NCBI GenBank assembly: GCA_001938485.1
Contig: MQRK01194127.1
Span: 1-57,448, forward strand
DNA from: Girardia tigrina
Taxonomy: Eukaryota
DNA: 57,448 bases
Direction: 5' to 3'
Made by a program: the position numbers and the translations under genes. Positions 39,037-51,576 of this stretch are shown here, in pieces. The notes beneath the pieces were generated by a model. It saw nothing but the letters and a program-made list of their open reading frames with translations. It was not told the DNA's origin and did no database searches. Each line of letters opens with the position of its first letter. Position 1 is the first letter of the stretch.

Positions 39037-42000
39037 CGTTGTGAAACGTAATTTCTTGTGAAATATCTAAATCTGTAAAATAAATCACTTAACTTGAAAG
39101 ACATTCAGTGAAGTGTATCACGAATAAATTGAAATTTACGGAAAATGTTTCTAAATTTATTAATCGATATCTGATTTCAATAAGCACTATTATATCTACA
39201 TGTCAACAGTTACCAGTTGTTTATTAGCAAGAAAATCTTGGAGCTTATAAAGTTTCACGATGGTTTTACATCACTAGTTTAGAAATACAATTGGAAAAGG
39301 TGCATAAAATTTTACAATTGATGTAACAAGACAAAATACGCGAAGGTTCTTTTTATGGGTTACTGAACTAATTTCAACAAATGATCTTAAAATCCCCTTA
39401 AGTCTAACCCTTAGTTTAAATCAAATCATTTGTTGAAATTAATTCTACTTCCCCTTTTTATTAGCTTACTTTCTATATCGGTATGTATGTATCCATGGAA
39501 TTTAGAAACCTAATTTTGAAGGCTTTTTACTCAATCAATTTTCTCCAAACTTTGCACACTTCCTCGTTCTCGATGACAATTAATGATTAAGTGAAAACTT
39601 GATCAAAATAATAAAATCAAAAAAATAGTTTTTACAAAAAAAACGATTTACGATTATCCGCAAATGTTCAAACTGTATTAAATGGAAATATTTTGGTGTC
39701 TTCCTTCCACGCTTTATAATAAATTTATTGTGTTATTGATGACTATTTGATGGCAAAATGGAGTTGTAAATTGTTTTGTATGAAATTTTGCCTTCTACAA
39801 AGAAGATTACAAAAAGAATTCTGTTGGCCAAGTAGAGTTCTGTTGGCCAAGTAGAGTTCTGTCCGCATAACGAATGGCTATGAATTTTTTTGTGATTTAC
39901 TAGTTTTAATTAAGATTCGACATTGGGACAGTTTACTAAATAATTATTTTTACTAAAATAGAAAATAATAAATAAAAAATTATATTAATACTTGTTGGGA
40001 GCGTTGTTGAGTTCATAAAATTTTGAATTTACAATCTGATCAAATTAATAATTAAACAATTACATTCCGTAAAACATTGTTATAGATATGTTCAAATAAG
40101 ATTTTCAGAAATTTAATGTAAAAATTAATTTATGTAAGAAATAAATTAAATTTTACGGCAGGTTTATTAAAAGATTTATGCAAAGATTTATTATGAAGTA
40201 AAAAAGTTAATTTTAAATTTGATGAAAATATTTAATTGAAATAAAATCAAAAGAAATATAAAGTTTAATATTTTACTTGCGAAATGAAAATAAACTAAAC
40301 TATTTTACCACGTTTTTCTTAGCTTGGTTTCTTCTCTGTCTGGAACAAATCTTGCGATTGATTTTTCGACCACTTTCAGTCATCCAATTGAGCTGAATTT
40401 TTTATACAGGCTTGCTTCCGATGACAATACATTTACTTTACGGATGTACGGAAAAAATTAATAAATTGAACAAATATTGTGAAAATCAAGTGATAATTAA
40501 GTGTATAAGTATTAAAATTAGGTTTAAAAATTATTTTGAAATAAACTTGCTTTTATTAAAATAAAACTTTGTTACTTTGGTTTTATTATCATTTCTGTTA
40601 TTCGAAATCAATCGAAAGATTTGAATTCCTAAATGATAACTAAAAATAGTAAAATAATATTNNNNNNNNNNNNNNNNNNNNNNNNNNNNNNNNNNNNNNN
40701 NNNNNNNNNNNGATCATTTCTATGCCCCACGTTTTTGGTTAGGTATAAAATTTCTCACATGTCTAGAAAAAAATTATTTTCCTCTTTTTAGTGCATTGGT
40801 AATGCTTGAAAAACGTGGTTGTTTTTATAAGAATTGTTTTTTATTAATAATATTATTTGTAACTTTATTTTACACGATTAAATCGAAGTAAATTAAAAAT
40901 GTAATTATAATTTTTTGGGGAAATTGTAATTGGAATCAAAATACAATTGTAAAACAATTAAATCGACTTAAATGAAAATGCGATTTTAATTTTATTTTGG
41001 AAAACATAATTATTAATGGAAAAATAATTTTATTTTTTTATGTAAAAAAAAGGATAATTTAAAAGTTGTTAAATTAAACGAAATTGCGATTTTAATTCTA
41101 TTTTCAAAATATTATTTTATTAAATCCAAAGTAATTTTTAAAACTATTATGAAAACGAAATGAAAAATGCTATTGTATAGAATTGGGAAATTTAATTGAG
41201 AAACAGATAAATTTAAAGGTACAATAAAATTGAAATTTAATAAAAGACGCAACAAAATCTTTGTGACAAAATTTTAATAAATTCACTTTATAATTTTTTA
41301 TTAAAAAAAGTATAGAATTTTAATTCGTAAAAATAGAATAACCATATTTATATTTATATCAATTCTTATTTATAATGGTCTGTGTAAAAAGAAAGTGCAA
41401 AAGTTCCTCGGAAATATTTGTTTAAAAAACTCAAATTGTGATAGAAATAAAGTTTTGTGTTAATGTCAACGTCTTTTGATCAAGAGCCCAATAATACTAA
41501 AAACAATAATGAAAGAGAAATAAATAATCATGAAAAATAAATACTAAAAAATCGATAATAATAAATGATAATTCTCAGTTGAACAAATAATTAAATAAAC
41601 ATTAATAAAGTAATAAATATAGCCAGAACCTGAGAGTTCTGGAGGATATTGTTGATGAGCGTCAATCTCCGCTTGCAGTTGTTCAATTTCTTGAGATATG
41701 GATCGATATTAATGGGGACTGCGAGATTGTCACTTATATCGCTTAAATCTGAATGATGTGTCGATAATCAAATCTTTCTTTCCCTAACACAATCTCGTAA
41801 AACTCTTCCGTTCTATCTCCGATGAAAAACTTTTTCTTTCAATCAATTTTCTTTATCAATACATTTTAAATGATTAATTATTATTTTCCCGAAAAAAAAT
41901 GTATGTGTAACTTTAAACGTGTGTCGGACATTTGTTTTTCAACATTATCTTCGTTTAATTTTGAACTTATTTAACAAATTATTTTAATTTAATTTAAAAG

Positions 42001-43577
42001 AAAATCTTTTTTTAATATTTATTATGAGTAAAAATTTGATAATAGGTTAAATAATTCCAAAAAATCTATTTTAATATTTTTTAAATAATTTTATTTATTT
42101 TTTCCAGTTAATATTTGATGACTTTTAAATATTTAATCAATTAAATATTAAAATTCAAAATTTTGTGATCTTTCTAAAATCATAATAACAATAAAATAAA
42201 AATAATAAATAAACTAATAAATAAATGATAATTAATTTAAAATATTAAAATCATTAGAAACAAAAAATTAAAATAAAAAAACAAATCATGATCATAAAAA
42301 TTATTTAAATTTTTAATAAAATATCGGTTTTTCTAAATTTTCAAAATCGAATAATGAAAAAATTAATACATCTTAATAATTTAAAAAATTGATTTCCATT
42401 CTAAGAAAAATATTTTAATAAATAACAAGAATATTTAAAAATGATCATATATTAACTGAAAAAATTAATAAAAATTATTTTAAAAAATATTAAAAAATTT
42501 TAATTAGAATTTTTTGAATTAATTAACTTATTATTGATTTTTAAAATAAATAAAAATTAATTAAAATTATAAATAAATAATAATAAATAAAAAAATAAAT
42601 TAAAAAAGTCTATTTCAGTTTTTTTTAATATTTTTAAATAATTTTTATTTAAATTTTAAATATTTTTTTTTAGTTTTCAGTTATTATATGATATTTTTTT
42701 TATTTTAACCTAATTCTAAAAATACTGTTTTTTTTTAATTTTGAAATATTCTTTTTTTTATTTTTTAATTATTTTGTTTTTTTTAATTTTTTTCAGTTAT
42801 TATTTTAAAATCTATTTTTATATTCTTTCAAAATTTTCATTTTAGATAATTTTATTTAAAATATCAATTAATGAAAATAATTTATTAAATATTTTTTCAA
42901 AATTAATAAAATAGAAATTATTTATTTTAATTACTTTGTTTTTCTTTTAATACTTAATAATTTTTTTATATTTAATATAAATTATTTTTATATATTTCTA
43001 AATATTCATTTAAATTTTAAATATTTTTTTATTTTTATTTAAAGATTTTCTAAAAAATCTGATGATTGAATATGTTTCAAAGTTTCATACTTTATCATTA
43101 GCAATGTTAATTATTTTTATTTAATTAATTATGTAATTCTCTGTTGGAATCATTCTATTATTTTTAATAAATTATTATTTATTTCATTATTTTAAATATT
43201 AAAATTCAAAAAATTATGTGAGCTCTACAAAATCCTAATAATAATAAATAAATAATAATTAATTAAAAATAATAAAATATTTCAAACGGAAAATAATAAC
43301 TTAAAATAAAAATAGAAAAAACTTTTCTTGATCGAAGAGAGAACGAACGAAAGAACGTTTTAAAAAAATTTGCGCTACTTTTCGCTAATGATTCTATTTG
43401 ATTTCTCAATTCGATTTGACTCGTTCGAATTTCCTCAACTTTTTTATCGGTTTCGATAATACTTGGTTTCAACAATTTCAAGAGACTCTGTGATAATTTC
43501 GATTTGATTTCCTGTTCGTTGAGTTCTGAATTGGTATTTCGATCTGAATTCAATTCCTCATTCAAATTATCCGACAT
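31663..43577 (-). CDS. SNAPIN: Snapin / BLOC-1 subunit 7, complete spliced CDS, 3 exons: 43577-43379, 41748-41630, 31752-31663 (135 aa)
   Basis: Spliced product ...LLKPSIIETDKKVEEIRTSQIELRNQIESLAK|NL...IDPYLKKLNNCKRRLTLINNILQNSQ|DRVTKLRANISKESKRR... parallels the Snapin family pattern (LRPAVQQLD..VRESQVELREQI..LDPYVKKL..VNNILQNAQERLRRL..AKETARR). GT..AG junctions, phases 1 and 0. Confidence 0.92.
34696..35855 (+). mobile_element. Near full-length decayed mariner with both TIRs
   Basis: TA|TTAGGTTGGAACGAAAGT ... ACTTTCGTCCCAACCTAA|TA; PYSPDVATSDYYFF remnant near 35560. Confidence 0.88.
38069..39905. mobile_element. Foldback-like element with long imperfect inverted arms and nested MITEs
   Basis: AACTAGTAAATCA / TGATTTACTAGTT ends; ~38110-38420 is inverted to ~39600-39870; ~38695-38820 is inverted to ~39460-39600. 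Confidence 0.85.
39357..39453. mobile_element. Small MITE
   Basis: GGGTTACTGAACTAATTTCAACAAATGAT ... ATCATTTGTTGAAATTAATTCTACTTCCC. Confidence 0.75.
41630..41748 (-). CDS. SNAPIN: Snapin exon 2
   Basis: TTCAG acceptor; IDPYLKKLNNCKRRLTLINNILQNSQ; donor CAG|GT. Confidence 0.92.
43379..43577 (-). CDS. SNAPIN: Snapin exon 1
   Basis: 5' part of ORF 43263..43577; donor GTAGCG in phase 1 matches exon 2. Confidence 0.9.
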
Positions 43578-45940
43578 TCATATAATTCAAAAAATCAAAA
43601 AACGATATGAAGCTAAAAAAATAGTTGGTATAGCAATTTTCAGAAAAACGAAAAAAAATTATGAAAATAGATACGCAGAAAAAACAAATTGCAAATTAGA
43701 AATTACCAAATCCAAAAATTTAAAATATATTTAGGAAAGATTTCAAAAAATCGATTTCATTACTTTTAATTTGAAATAGTAAAACAAACAAATTTTTTTA
43801 TAATTTGTTCATTTGTAATGTCAATATTTCAATAATGAATAGGAAAATAAATCTCGTGCGAAATTGAACTTTATATTTTATTTCATATCTGAAATTATGA
43901 CGAGTTAGTAAATTTTTATTTTGCTGAGAAATGTAGAATAAAAGAATGTGAGGAATAAAATAGTGAGTACGCATTTTTTCTAAAACATGAAATTTTATTA
44001 AATTTAAATAAAAATTTTTCAAGTTAAGATGAAATAATTTTTTTGATTCAAGTAGAACAGATTAAATGAAATTTGAGGCCGTAGATGTATATTTCCTGCT
44101 TTTGTAATTTTTATAGGTGTACTTTATTTTTGTATTTTTAAGAACGTCCTTTTTATCTGTTTAATTTTTTGACTGAACCTTTTAATCGTGTCATTTTTAT
44201 GGTGTACTTTTAATTTATGTTGTTTGGGATTAAAATATAAAATTTAAAATTTTTGATACTTAACATCAATTTTAAGTTTTAAATATTTTAAATTGTATAA
44301 GTTGATTTGAGTGTGCTGAAATGGTAATTTTAATTCTCCCACCCAGTTGGAAAATGGGTGCTTTATTGTTTTTAAGGACACTAATTGGATTTTCAATACA
44401 TTTATTGAGTTTCAATACAATTTGAGTTGCCTCGAGGACAATTCTCCACAAAACTTTTGTAGCTTGTCATCGTTCTAATAATAAACTAATAAATAAATGA
44501 TAATTAATTTAAAATATTAATTGATAACTTTTTAATTCATTTTCTAAACGTCTTAATATTCAAACAAGTTTAAATTACAATTTCATTAAGGGGTGGGTTT
44601 GTGATGAACTCATCTGTTGAGTGCAAGTACCCCTTAGCTCGACTGACCCTGTACCATACTGCATACCGTCGGGGATATAACTGATCGTAAACATAAAATA
44701 GTTACCGTGGAATGATAGCATTTGTAAATTATAATGCAGGCCGCATCTAGCCTAACAGGTCCGGGGTTGTTCAATTCGACTTTATTCATTACTCGCACAA
44801 TGCAGAGAAAAGAATTTAAAATATAAAAAAGTATCTATATCCGCGATATATAGTGAACGCAAAAATTCAAATCGTCAAAAAAGTTTATTGATTATTCTAA
44901 CAAAATTTAGTCCGGCATTTTTTGTCATTACTATACATAATTTTTGCAATTAATTCCCATCAAACTCAAAACAATCCGAAATCTCATCGATGCAATTTGA
45001 CTGAAATGTCTGACCAAATGGAAATCTGAGAGAACGTTGTGTTCTCTCTACTGTAGTTTTTGAGTTTGATGGGAAGGCTAAAATTGAGTTGATTGTATTG
45101 AGTGTGAGAAGTTTCATCTCAAAGATTAGCTTTTGGTGTGCTGTTAGTTGTCATCTATATCATATGTCTCCGTTACCTTGTAAAGTACGGAACGATAGAG
45201 AAAACATATCGTTTTCTCAAATGGTAATTGATAGCTGCCAATGATTGGTTTGCGAGAATGAGATTGATTGCATTTAGTGCATCTCTCTTAATTTTAAGGA
45301 AAAGTGAAATAAAGTTATTTTCATCCAATAATTTATTGGATAAATNNNNNNNNNNNNNNNNNNNNNNNNNNNNNNNNNNNNNNNNNNNNNNNNNNNNNNN
45401 NNNNNNNNNNNNNNNNNNNNNNNNNNNNNNNNNNNNNNNNNNNNNNNNNNNNNNNNNNNNNNNNNNNNNNNNNNNNNNNNNNNNNNNNNNNNNNNNNNNN
45501 NNNNNNNNNNNNNNNNNNNNNNNNNNNNNNNNNNNNNNNNNNNNNNNNNNNNNNNNNNNNNNNNNNNNNNNNNNNNNNNNNNNNNNNNNNNNNNNNNNNN
45601 NNNNNNNNNNNNNNNNNNNNNNNNNNNNNNNNNNNNNNNNNNNNNNNNNNNNNNNNNNNNNNNNNNNNNNNNNNNNNNNNNNNNNNNNNNNNNNNNNNNN
45701 NNNNNNNNNNNNNNNNNNNNNNNNNNNNNNNNNNNNNNNNNNNNNNNNNNNNNNNNNNNNNNNNNNNNNNNNNNNNNNNNNNNNNNNNNNNNNNNNNNNN
45801 NNNNNNNNNNNNNNNNNNNNNNNNNNNNNNNNNNNNNNNNNNNNNNNNNNNNNNNNNNNNNNNNNNNNNNNNNNNNNNNNNNNNNNNNNNNNNNNNNNNN
45901 NNNNNNNNNNNNNNNNNNNNNNNNNNNNNNNNNNNNNNNN

Positions 45941-46195
45941 TTCTCTTGCTGTCCTAGCAGAATACCTTCAGGAAGAGTGGCGCAATATTCCTCTGGACTT
46001 CCTAGCAAGTGTCGTCAACTCGATGCCAGATAGAGTGAAAGAGGTTATAAAATGCAAAGTACACTGTACAAAGAATTAAAAATTCATTAATATTATACAT
46101 TCTATTTTTTGTAAATATATCATTCGTTTAAAAATTCTCATAATCTCTCATTACTGCAAACACACCGGTGGTCGGTGACTTTTGGTAGGGCGGTG
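45941..46195 (+). mobile_element. 3' end of a Tc1-like transposon (remainder probably in the N gap)
   Basis: LQEEWRNIP...SMPDRVKEVIK...TK; terminus ...ACTTTTGGTAGGGCGGTG|TA. Confidence 0.85.
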
Positions 46196-46802
46196 TATAT
46201 ATATATATACATATCCTTTTTTATTCAATTCAAAATTGAACAATTAGGGTCTTCTTTTGACAATTTAAACAATTTTTTACAATTTCCTTTACCTTTTTCC
46301 TGATATCATCCATATCGAAGTCATCATTTAAATAATTGTAAACTTTCTTCCTACAAACGTGACAGCATTTTTTATATCTTCCATAAATTCAGTTCTTTTG
46401 ATTCCCGGGATCATGTTTTTGTTATCCCTTGTTGTCACGATATCATTTTTCAGGTAACCGGACAATTCAAAGCCTAACATTTCATCACGGACTATTCGGA
46501 GCAGGAATTTTTAATACATATGAAAACGGTAAAATATATAATTTATAGTGTTATTAATATTATATTTTTAATTCAAAAACTAAAGTAATAATTATTTGAT
46601 GTATATAAGCAAGCATTCTATACAATTATAAATGTTATACTTTTAGTTTAGATTTAATAATTATAATTTATACCATAATTAAATAAAAATACTTTTTGAT
46701 AAAAATAATGACCTGAAATAGACTTTAAATGACATGAAATAATAAAAACAAAGTCAGTCTACTTTCGTATTTTTCCATTCTTTTTATTAGCTTGCTTTCT
46801 AA

Positions 46803-46833
<31 letters not shown>

Positions 46834-46834
46834 T

Positions 46835-47035
46835 TAAGTAAAACAGAATTGTGGTAAATGGACTAGTGCATAGAGTATGGAATTGATCTGCCTCATATGG
46901 AAATGTGGACGATGGTTTAAACGACCTTAAAAATAAATTCGAAAAGAATGGCTACAATAAAATTTACGTGAATAAGTTAATTAGAGATGTCATTGACTCC
47001 ATATTTAGGAAATCAAATAATAAAAGTCATAACAT
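46835..47035 (+). mobile_element. Second fragment of the same Penelope-like family
   Basis: Close nucleotide match to ~6030-6225 (CTAGTGCATAGAGTATGGAATT...GGAAATCAAATAATAAAAGTCA). Confidence 0.88.
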
Positions 47036-47039
47036 GAAA

Positions 47040-49819
47040 TGTCACGACCCTTTTGTTCATAAAAATTTTAAATGCTCAGAGCCCCCAGTGGCTATTAGGG
47101 GTCAGCCACAACTCTATCTGAAATTATAACTTGAGGCAATGTTATGCATTGGGCCTACGAGACTTATGGCACTGTTGTTCGTCAACTTAAAGGAGAATAA
47201 GTATTTCATTAAAGTCAATTGTAGGCTCGAGAACCCCCTCTTAACCTCATAACTTTAATATGGCATGTCAGTTATAACTTCTCTTTATAATTTAACATTA
47301 TAGAATCGATCGTCAACAACTTTTCTTGATAATATTTCAGCTTATCATTTAACATAATAATATCATTTATAATACTACTATAATACCTATAACATTATCC
47401 TAATATTACCATTCTCAGTATTATCATTTAACACAATTCTATAGTTGTGAATTTACTCATTCGATTTTATCTCAAATATCAGAATAATCGCAAAACTACC
47501 TCTAATGAGACCGTGAATTTCACATAATTGAATTAAATTTTAAAAAATCGTATAACTCATATCTCGTAAAATAGAATTCAACTTCTTGTCGTCGAGAATA
47601 AATAATATTTACAAAATTTTGTCAGATAAATTCAATGACAAAAATAAAATTCAAATTATAAAAATCCAACGATAATCAATTATCTACAATTCGGTTTTTA
47701 AATTCATTTGTTTAAAAAGTCCCAGTTTCATCTCTACCTTTGAGCACATTTTCAAAAAAAATTTAAAATTACTTAGGCTAAGATTTTAAATGGAATAGCT
47801 GTATGGATCTGTCCACAGAACAAGTAATTCATTCTAATCAACTTGTCTTATTTCACCAATTTTATCTTTATATTCAATGTACATCAACAGAATTAGCGAT
47901 ATTTTCTCGATATGTTTTTAAACTCATAATAAATCAGTTCATGCACTATAATTTAAACTTCCTATTTATGTCAATCAATTATAATCGAAGAATTTCGTTC
48001 ATATTTATCAGATAGTTCATCAATCCACAACTCCATAGTTATATAATTCAAAATAGTTACTTAGCAAATTTACTCATGTTAATCGATCACTACAAAAAAT
48101 TCTGTTTATATTCGTAAGCATACAACTTAATCACCATAATTAATAGTTAGTAACCAACTTATAACACTAATAAAGCGATAACTAAAATTGTAAATTAAAT
48201 TATATTTATAAGGAAAATTGTATCGTCTTAAAAATTCTTTCTTAAATGCTTGGTCGTTCGACACGGGTGAACTCGCGGTGCCGCGTCATCGGAAAATAAT
48301 TCGTTGCAACTCCCTTGAAGAAACGACTCGAGAGACACTGAAATCACCTCTACGAGGATCGGGTCTGTGTGATTCCCGACATTTTTCCACTGTGCGTTTG
48401 AACGCAAATTATCTCGGGGCATGGACTATGAGGACGGCGGCGGCGACGGGGTTGACGAACGGTACGGCGACTTTACCCTGAAACTACGGTGAACTGACTC
48501 TATATTATTAATATCGGTTACACTCTCAAATCGAACACTGAAATAACTGGGCTGATAAAATAAAGACAAGAAACATTATAAATAAAATAATTTATTGCGT
48601 CGAAATAAAATAAATAACCAAAACCATATTCATAAAATGCTGAAAAATTACAGTATACGTGTGGTTTCCCGGAGGTTCGTTCGATAGTTCGTTCTCGTGT
48701 AGAATACTTCTTTCGTCGGCGCGTCGTTCGGATGAAGCGCTCGTTCCTTCTCGTAGTTACTGTGTCGCGTTGAGGAATCGTCCTAGCGTCGAATCTTGTC
48801 TTCAAAGCCGGTTCTCGTCTCGGGTTCCGTTCGTACCTTCCTCTCTTTCGTCGTGGTTTACTCTTCTCCTCTTCGTCTAGGTTCTCTCGCAAGTATACGT
48901 CGTATTCAGTTTCTCTTCGGGTTTTTTCTCGTTGGTACTGCTCAAGATGATCGCGTTTTAAAATGTTCAAAATTATGCGCTGGAAATTTTGTAAAAAATG
49001 TTCGTCGTAAAAAAATGTTCTGAAAACTGTGCGTTTGAATGTTATATTTATAACAGTCATCATCTCACCTATCGGGGTGTGCTTTGTCGTGGCCTCTTCT
49101 GATTCGCTCTTGTTAATAATTTTGGGCCTCATTTGTCAGGACTGTCGTACCATACAATGACTGCTTGTCACGCGGTTCTTTGTCACAGATGATTCAGAAT
49201 TAATCATCGCGTGTTGTTATTTTTCGCTTTGTGGGGCCTGACTCATGGTAAGTTTTTAATTAGCCTTTGTTCTTTTAATTAATTTTGTATATCTTCGCAG
49301 GGGTATATCTCTTCAGGGAAACGCATCAAGGTCTTGCGGGTGGCCTTCAGGAATTCGTCTTCTTCGGGGCTACACGTGAAGGGTCTGTTGACCTCATAAC
49401 GTTAACAGCTCGTCCAGTAATTAACTTTATCATTTTCTGTCTGGTTTTTTAATTAATTATTTTTCTTTTAGGGTTAGTAACTTTTCAGGAGAATACATCA
49501 CAACCTTGTGGGTCCTCTTCAGGGGTTGGCCTCACAACGGGCTATACGTGGAGGGTCGATTGTTTGATTCCTTTCAACGGGTAAGTTTTTATTTGATATT
49601 GCCTGATTTTCCTTCATATTGTATTTACAGTTCCAAGTGCGGTGTCTGCGACTTATACTCAAACCGTGAGGGGTTCAGGGCAATAGCATAACTTTTATTG
49701 GAGATTAAATATATGTATTACATAATAATATTTTCTTTTTTCTTTTGTTTATTTTTGTTTTGTGGGTGTTTTTGGTAATGTGTTTTTGAACTGAGATTTA
49801 AGCGATAGTGGACGCAACA
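47040..49819. mobile_element. LTR-like insertion (TGT...ACA), possibly a long solo LTR
   Basis: Starts TGTCACG just where Penelope homology stops; ends GCAACA; flanks TGAAA/TAAAA (4/5 match); CpG-rich interior; no gag/pol motifs seen. Confidence 0.4.
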
Positions 49820-50010
49820 TAAAAGCTAACACGTTATATATCATATATGAAAAGATGTGAGAAAATTAATTGAGTAAAAAGCCTTCAAAAAGGTTTATAT
49901 ATATATATANNNNNNNNNNNNNNNNNNNNNNNNNNNNNNNNNNNNNNNNNNNNNNNNNNATATATATATATCGAAAATATAATTTGATTAAAGCTTTTTT
50001 TTATATAATT

Positions 50011-50052
50011 ATTGGACATGTTTCGATGTTTACATACATCATCATCAGCAAT
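50011..50052 (-). ncRNA. Minimal type I hammerhead ribozyme motif (Penelope-type)
   Basis: Minus strand ATTG-CTGATGA-T-GATGT ATGTAA ACATC-GAAA-CATG-TC-CAAT: stem I ATTG/CAAT, stem II GATGT/ACATC, palindromic ACATGT, GUC triplet. Confidence 0.82.
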
Positions 50053-51219
50053 TTTCGAATGTTTAGTATATGAATATTGAATTGTTTGAATAATACATTT
50101 TTAAAAGATACATTTACTCTAAAATGTAACGAAGAAATTAATTATTATTATTTATCAAAGTATTATTGGGTAATAATGGCAAAAAATATTTTAATTAAAA
50201 ATTTTAAGTATTGAAATAACCTTACTTTGCCCATTCTGAATGTTAATTGATGGGTTGTAGTGTCAAGGTTGTAGCTAAGATCGAGTATTAAAAATGGTTT
50301 AAATCAATTTTGTTTTTGACTGAAAATTCAAGGCCAGTAGTTCACGACCACACTAAAATCTTGCGGCCTCTTAAGGATTAAGAATCTCGAGTACTTCATT
50401 TTTATAATTTAATTATTTTATTACTTCTTTCTAAACATGGTAACTTTGTAAAGAAATGAGACATATGATTTGTTATACATGATAATTTGAATTTGTTTTA
50501 TGGGAGGAATATTTTGAGTGAAGTATTGTATTATATTTCACACACTGATTTTTTTGAGTTTTAACTCCAATTCCCAGGCTGTAGATTGATTATTTTAGTA
50601 TTTTGTAATTCGTTTTATTCAGACAGAATTTCAAATTAAAAAATTTCATTTTATTAAACTAAAATTAAAATTCGATATTTTTATGAAAATGATTTATTAT
50701 TAAATAAAAATTCACAACTCAACAATTTATGAAATTTATTTATTCTTAAAATAAATTAAAAATGTAATCATTATTTAATTAATAAGAATTTCAAATTTAA
50801 TTTTTTTATCAATCAAGAAGGATGTTTAAGTACGAATGTTTATAGTAAGGATTACATTACGGATTATTCAATTTGTGATTTTACAAAAAAAATTTAAACA
50901 AGGTATGACCTCTCAATACATATAATAATTACAGTGTAGAAGATGACAGTTAATCCGTCGAAATCAATAAACAATTTCAATTGGCTTTTGAATTTCAATT
51001 TCAACGATTTGCCATTTTTTCAAATTTATTTATAATTACACTGTATTTTGTTATTTATCAGGAACAAAAAACCGATTTAAATTAAAAATTTTACATAAAT
51101 TAATGTACAAAATAATATTTAATTTGTTTATCTGCGTCAAAACCATTATCCTTTGTAACAATGATTATTTGAATTATTTAGCACTTGTTCGTCTGTATTT
51201 TAAATTTTACATCTTCAAG

Positions 51220-51576
51220 ATGGAAAATAAATTCATATTCGCTGACAGACACGGATTGATATGTCGAATAAAGTCTTCGAATAAAGACGTACCGAAACCT
51301 ACAGAAACTGTTCGAGTCAGAACGAATTCAGTAACGGAGACATCAAATGATAGACAATCGTTCGGTAGCAGTCACTCCACTGATAACGCTTTGAGTGCAT
51401 CATTGGAAAATCTCACTCATATTGCTTACAATGAGATTAAAAAGAATGAATCGTTTTTCAATGGATTATTTTATGACAACTCAAATGGTTTGCATCACAA
51501 GAAATCTGTCACAATCCTCGAACCAAACGGCCACAAGGTCAGCCCAGTCAAGTTGATCAAGAAGCAGAAGGCTATT
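51220..51576 (+). CDS. Probable coding exon of an unidentified host gene (Ser/Thr/Asn-rich)
   Basis: Clean 119-codon frame MENKFIFADRHG...KKQKAI with coding-like composition in AT-rich flanks; AG immediately before the ATG; GTTAGT donor. Confidence 0.6.

Noticed and set aside
41590-41629. Snapin ending by reading into intron 2 (VLAIFITLLMFI-stop)
   Set aside because: Lacks the conserved basic C-terminus, which is present at 31752-31663. It remains possible as a minor isoform with a hydrophobic tail.
45228-46079. Long ORFs of 283 and 244 aa
   Set aside because: Artefacts of N runs; only the Tc1 C-terminus is real.
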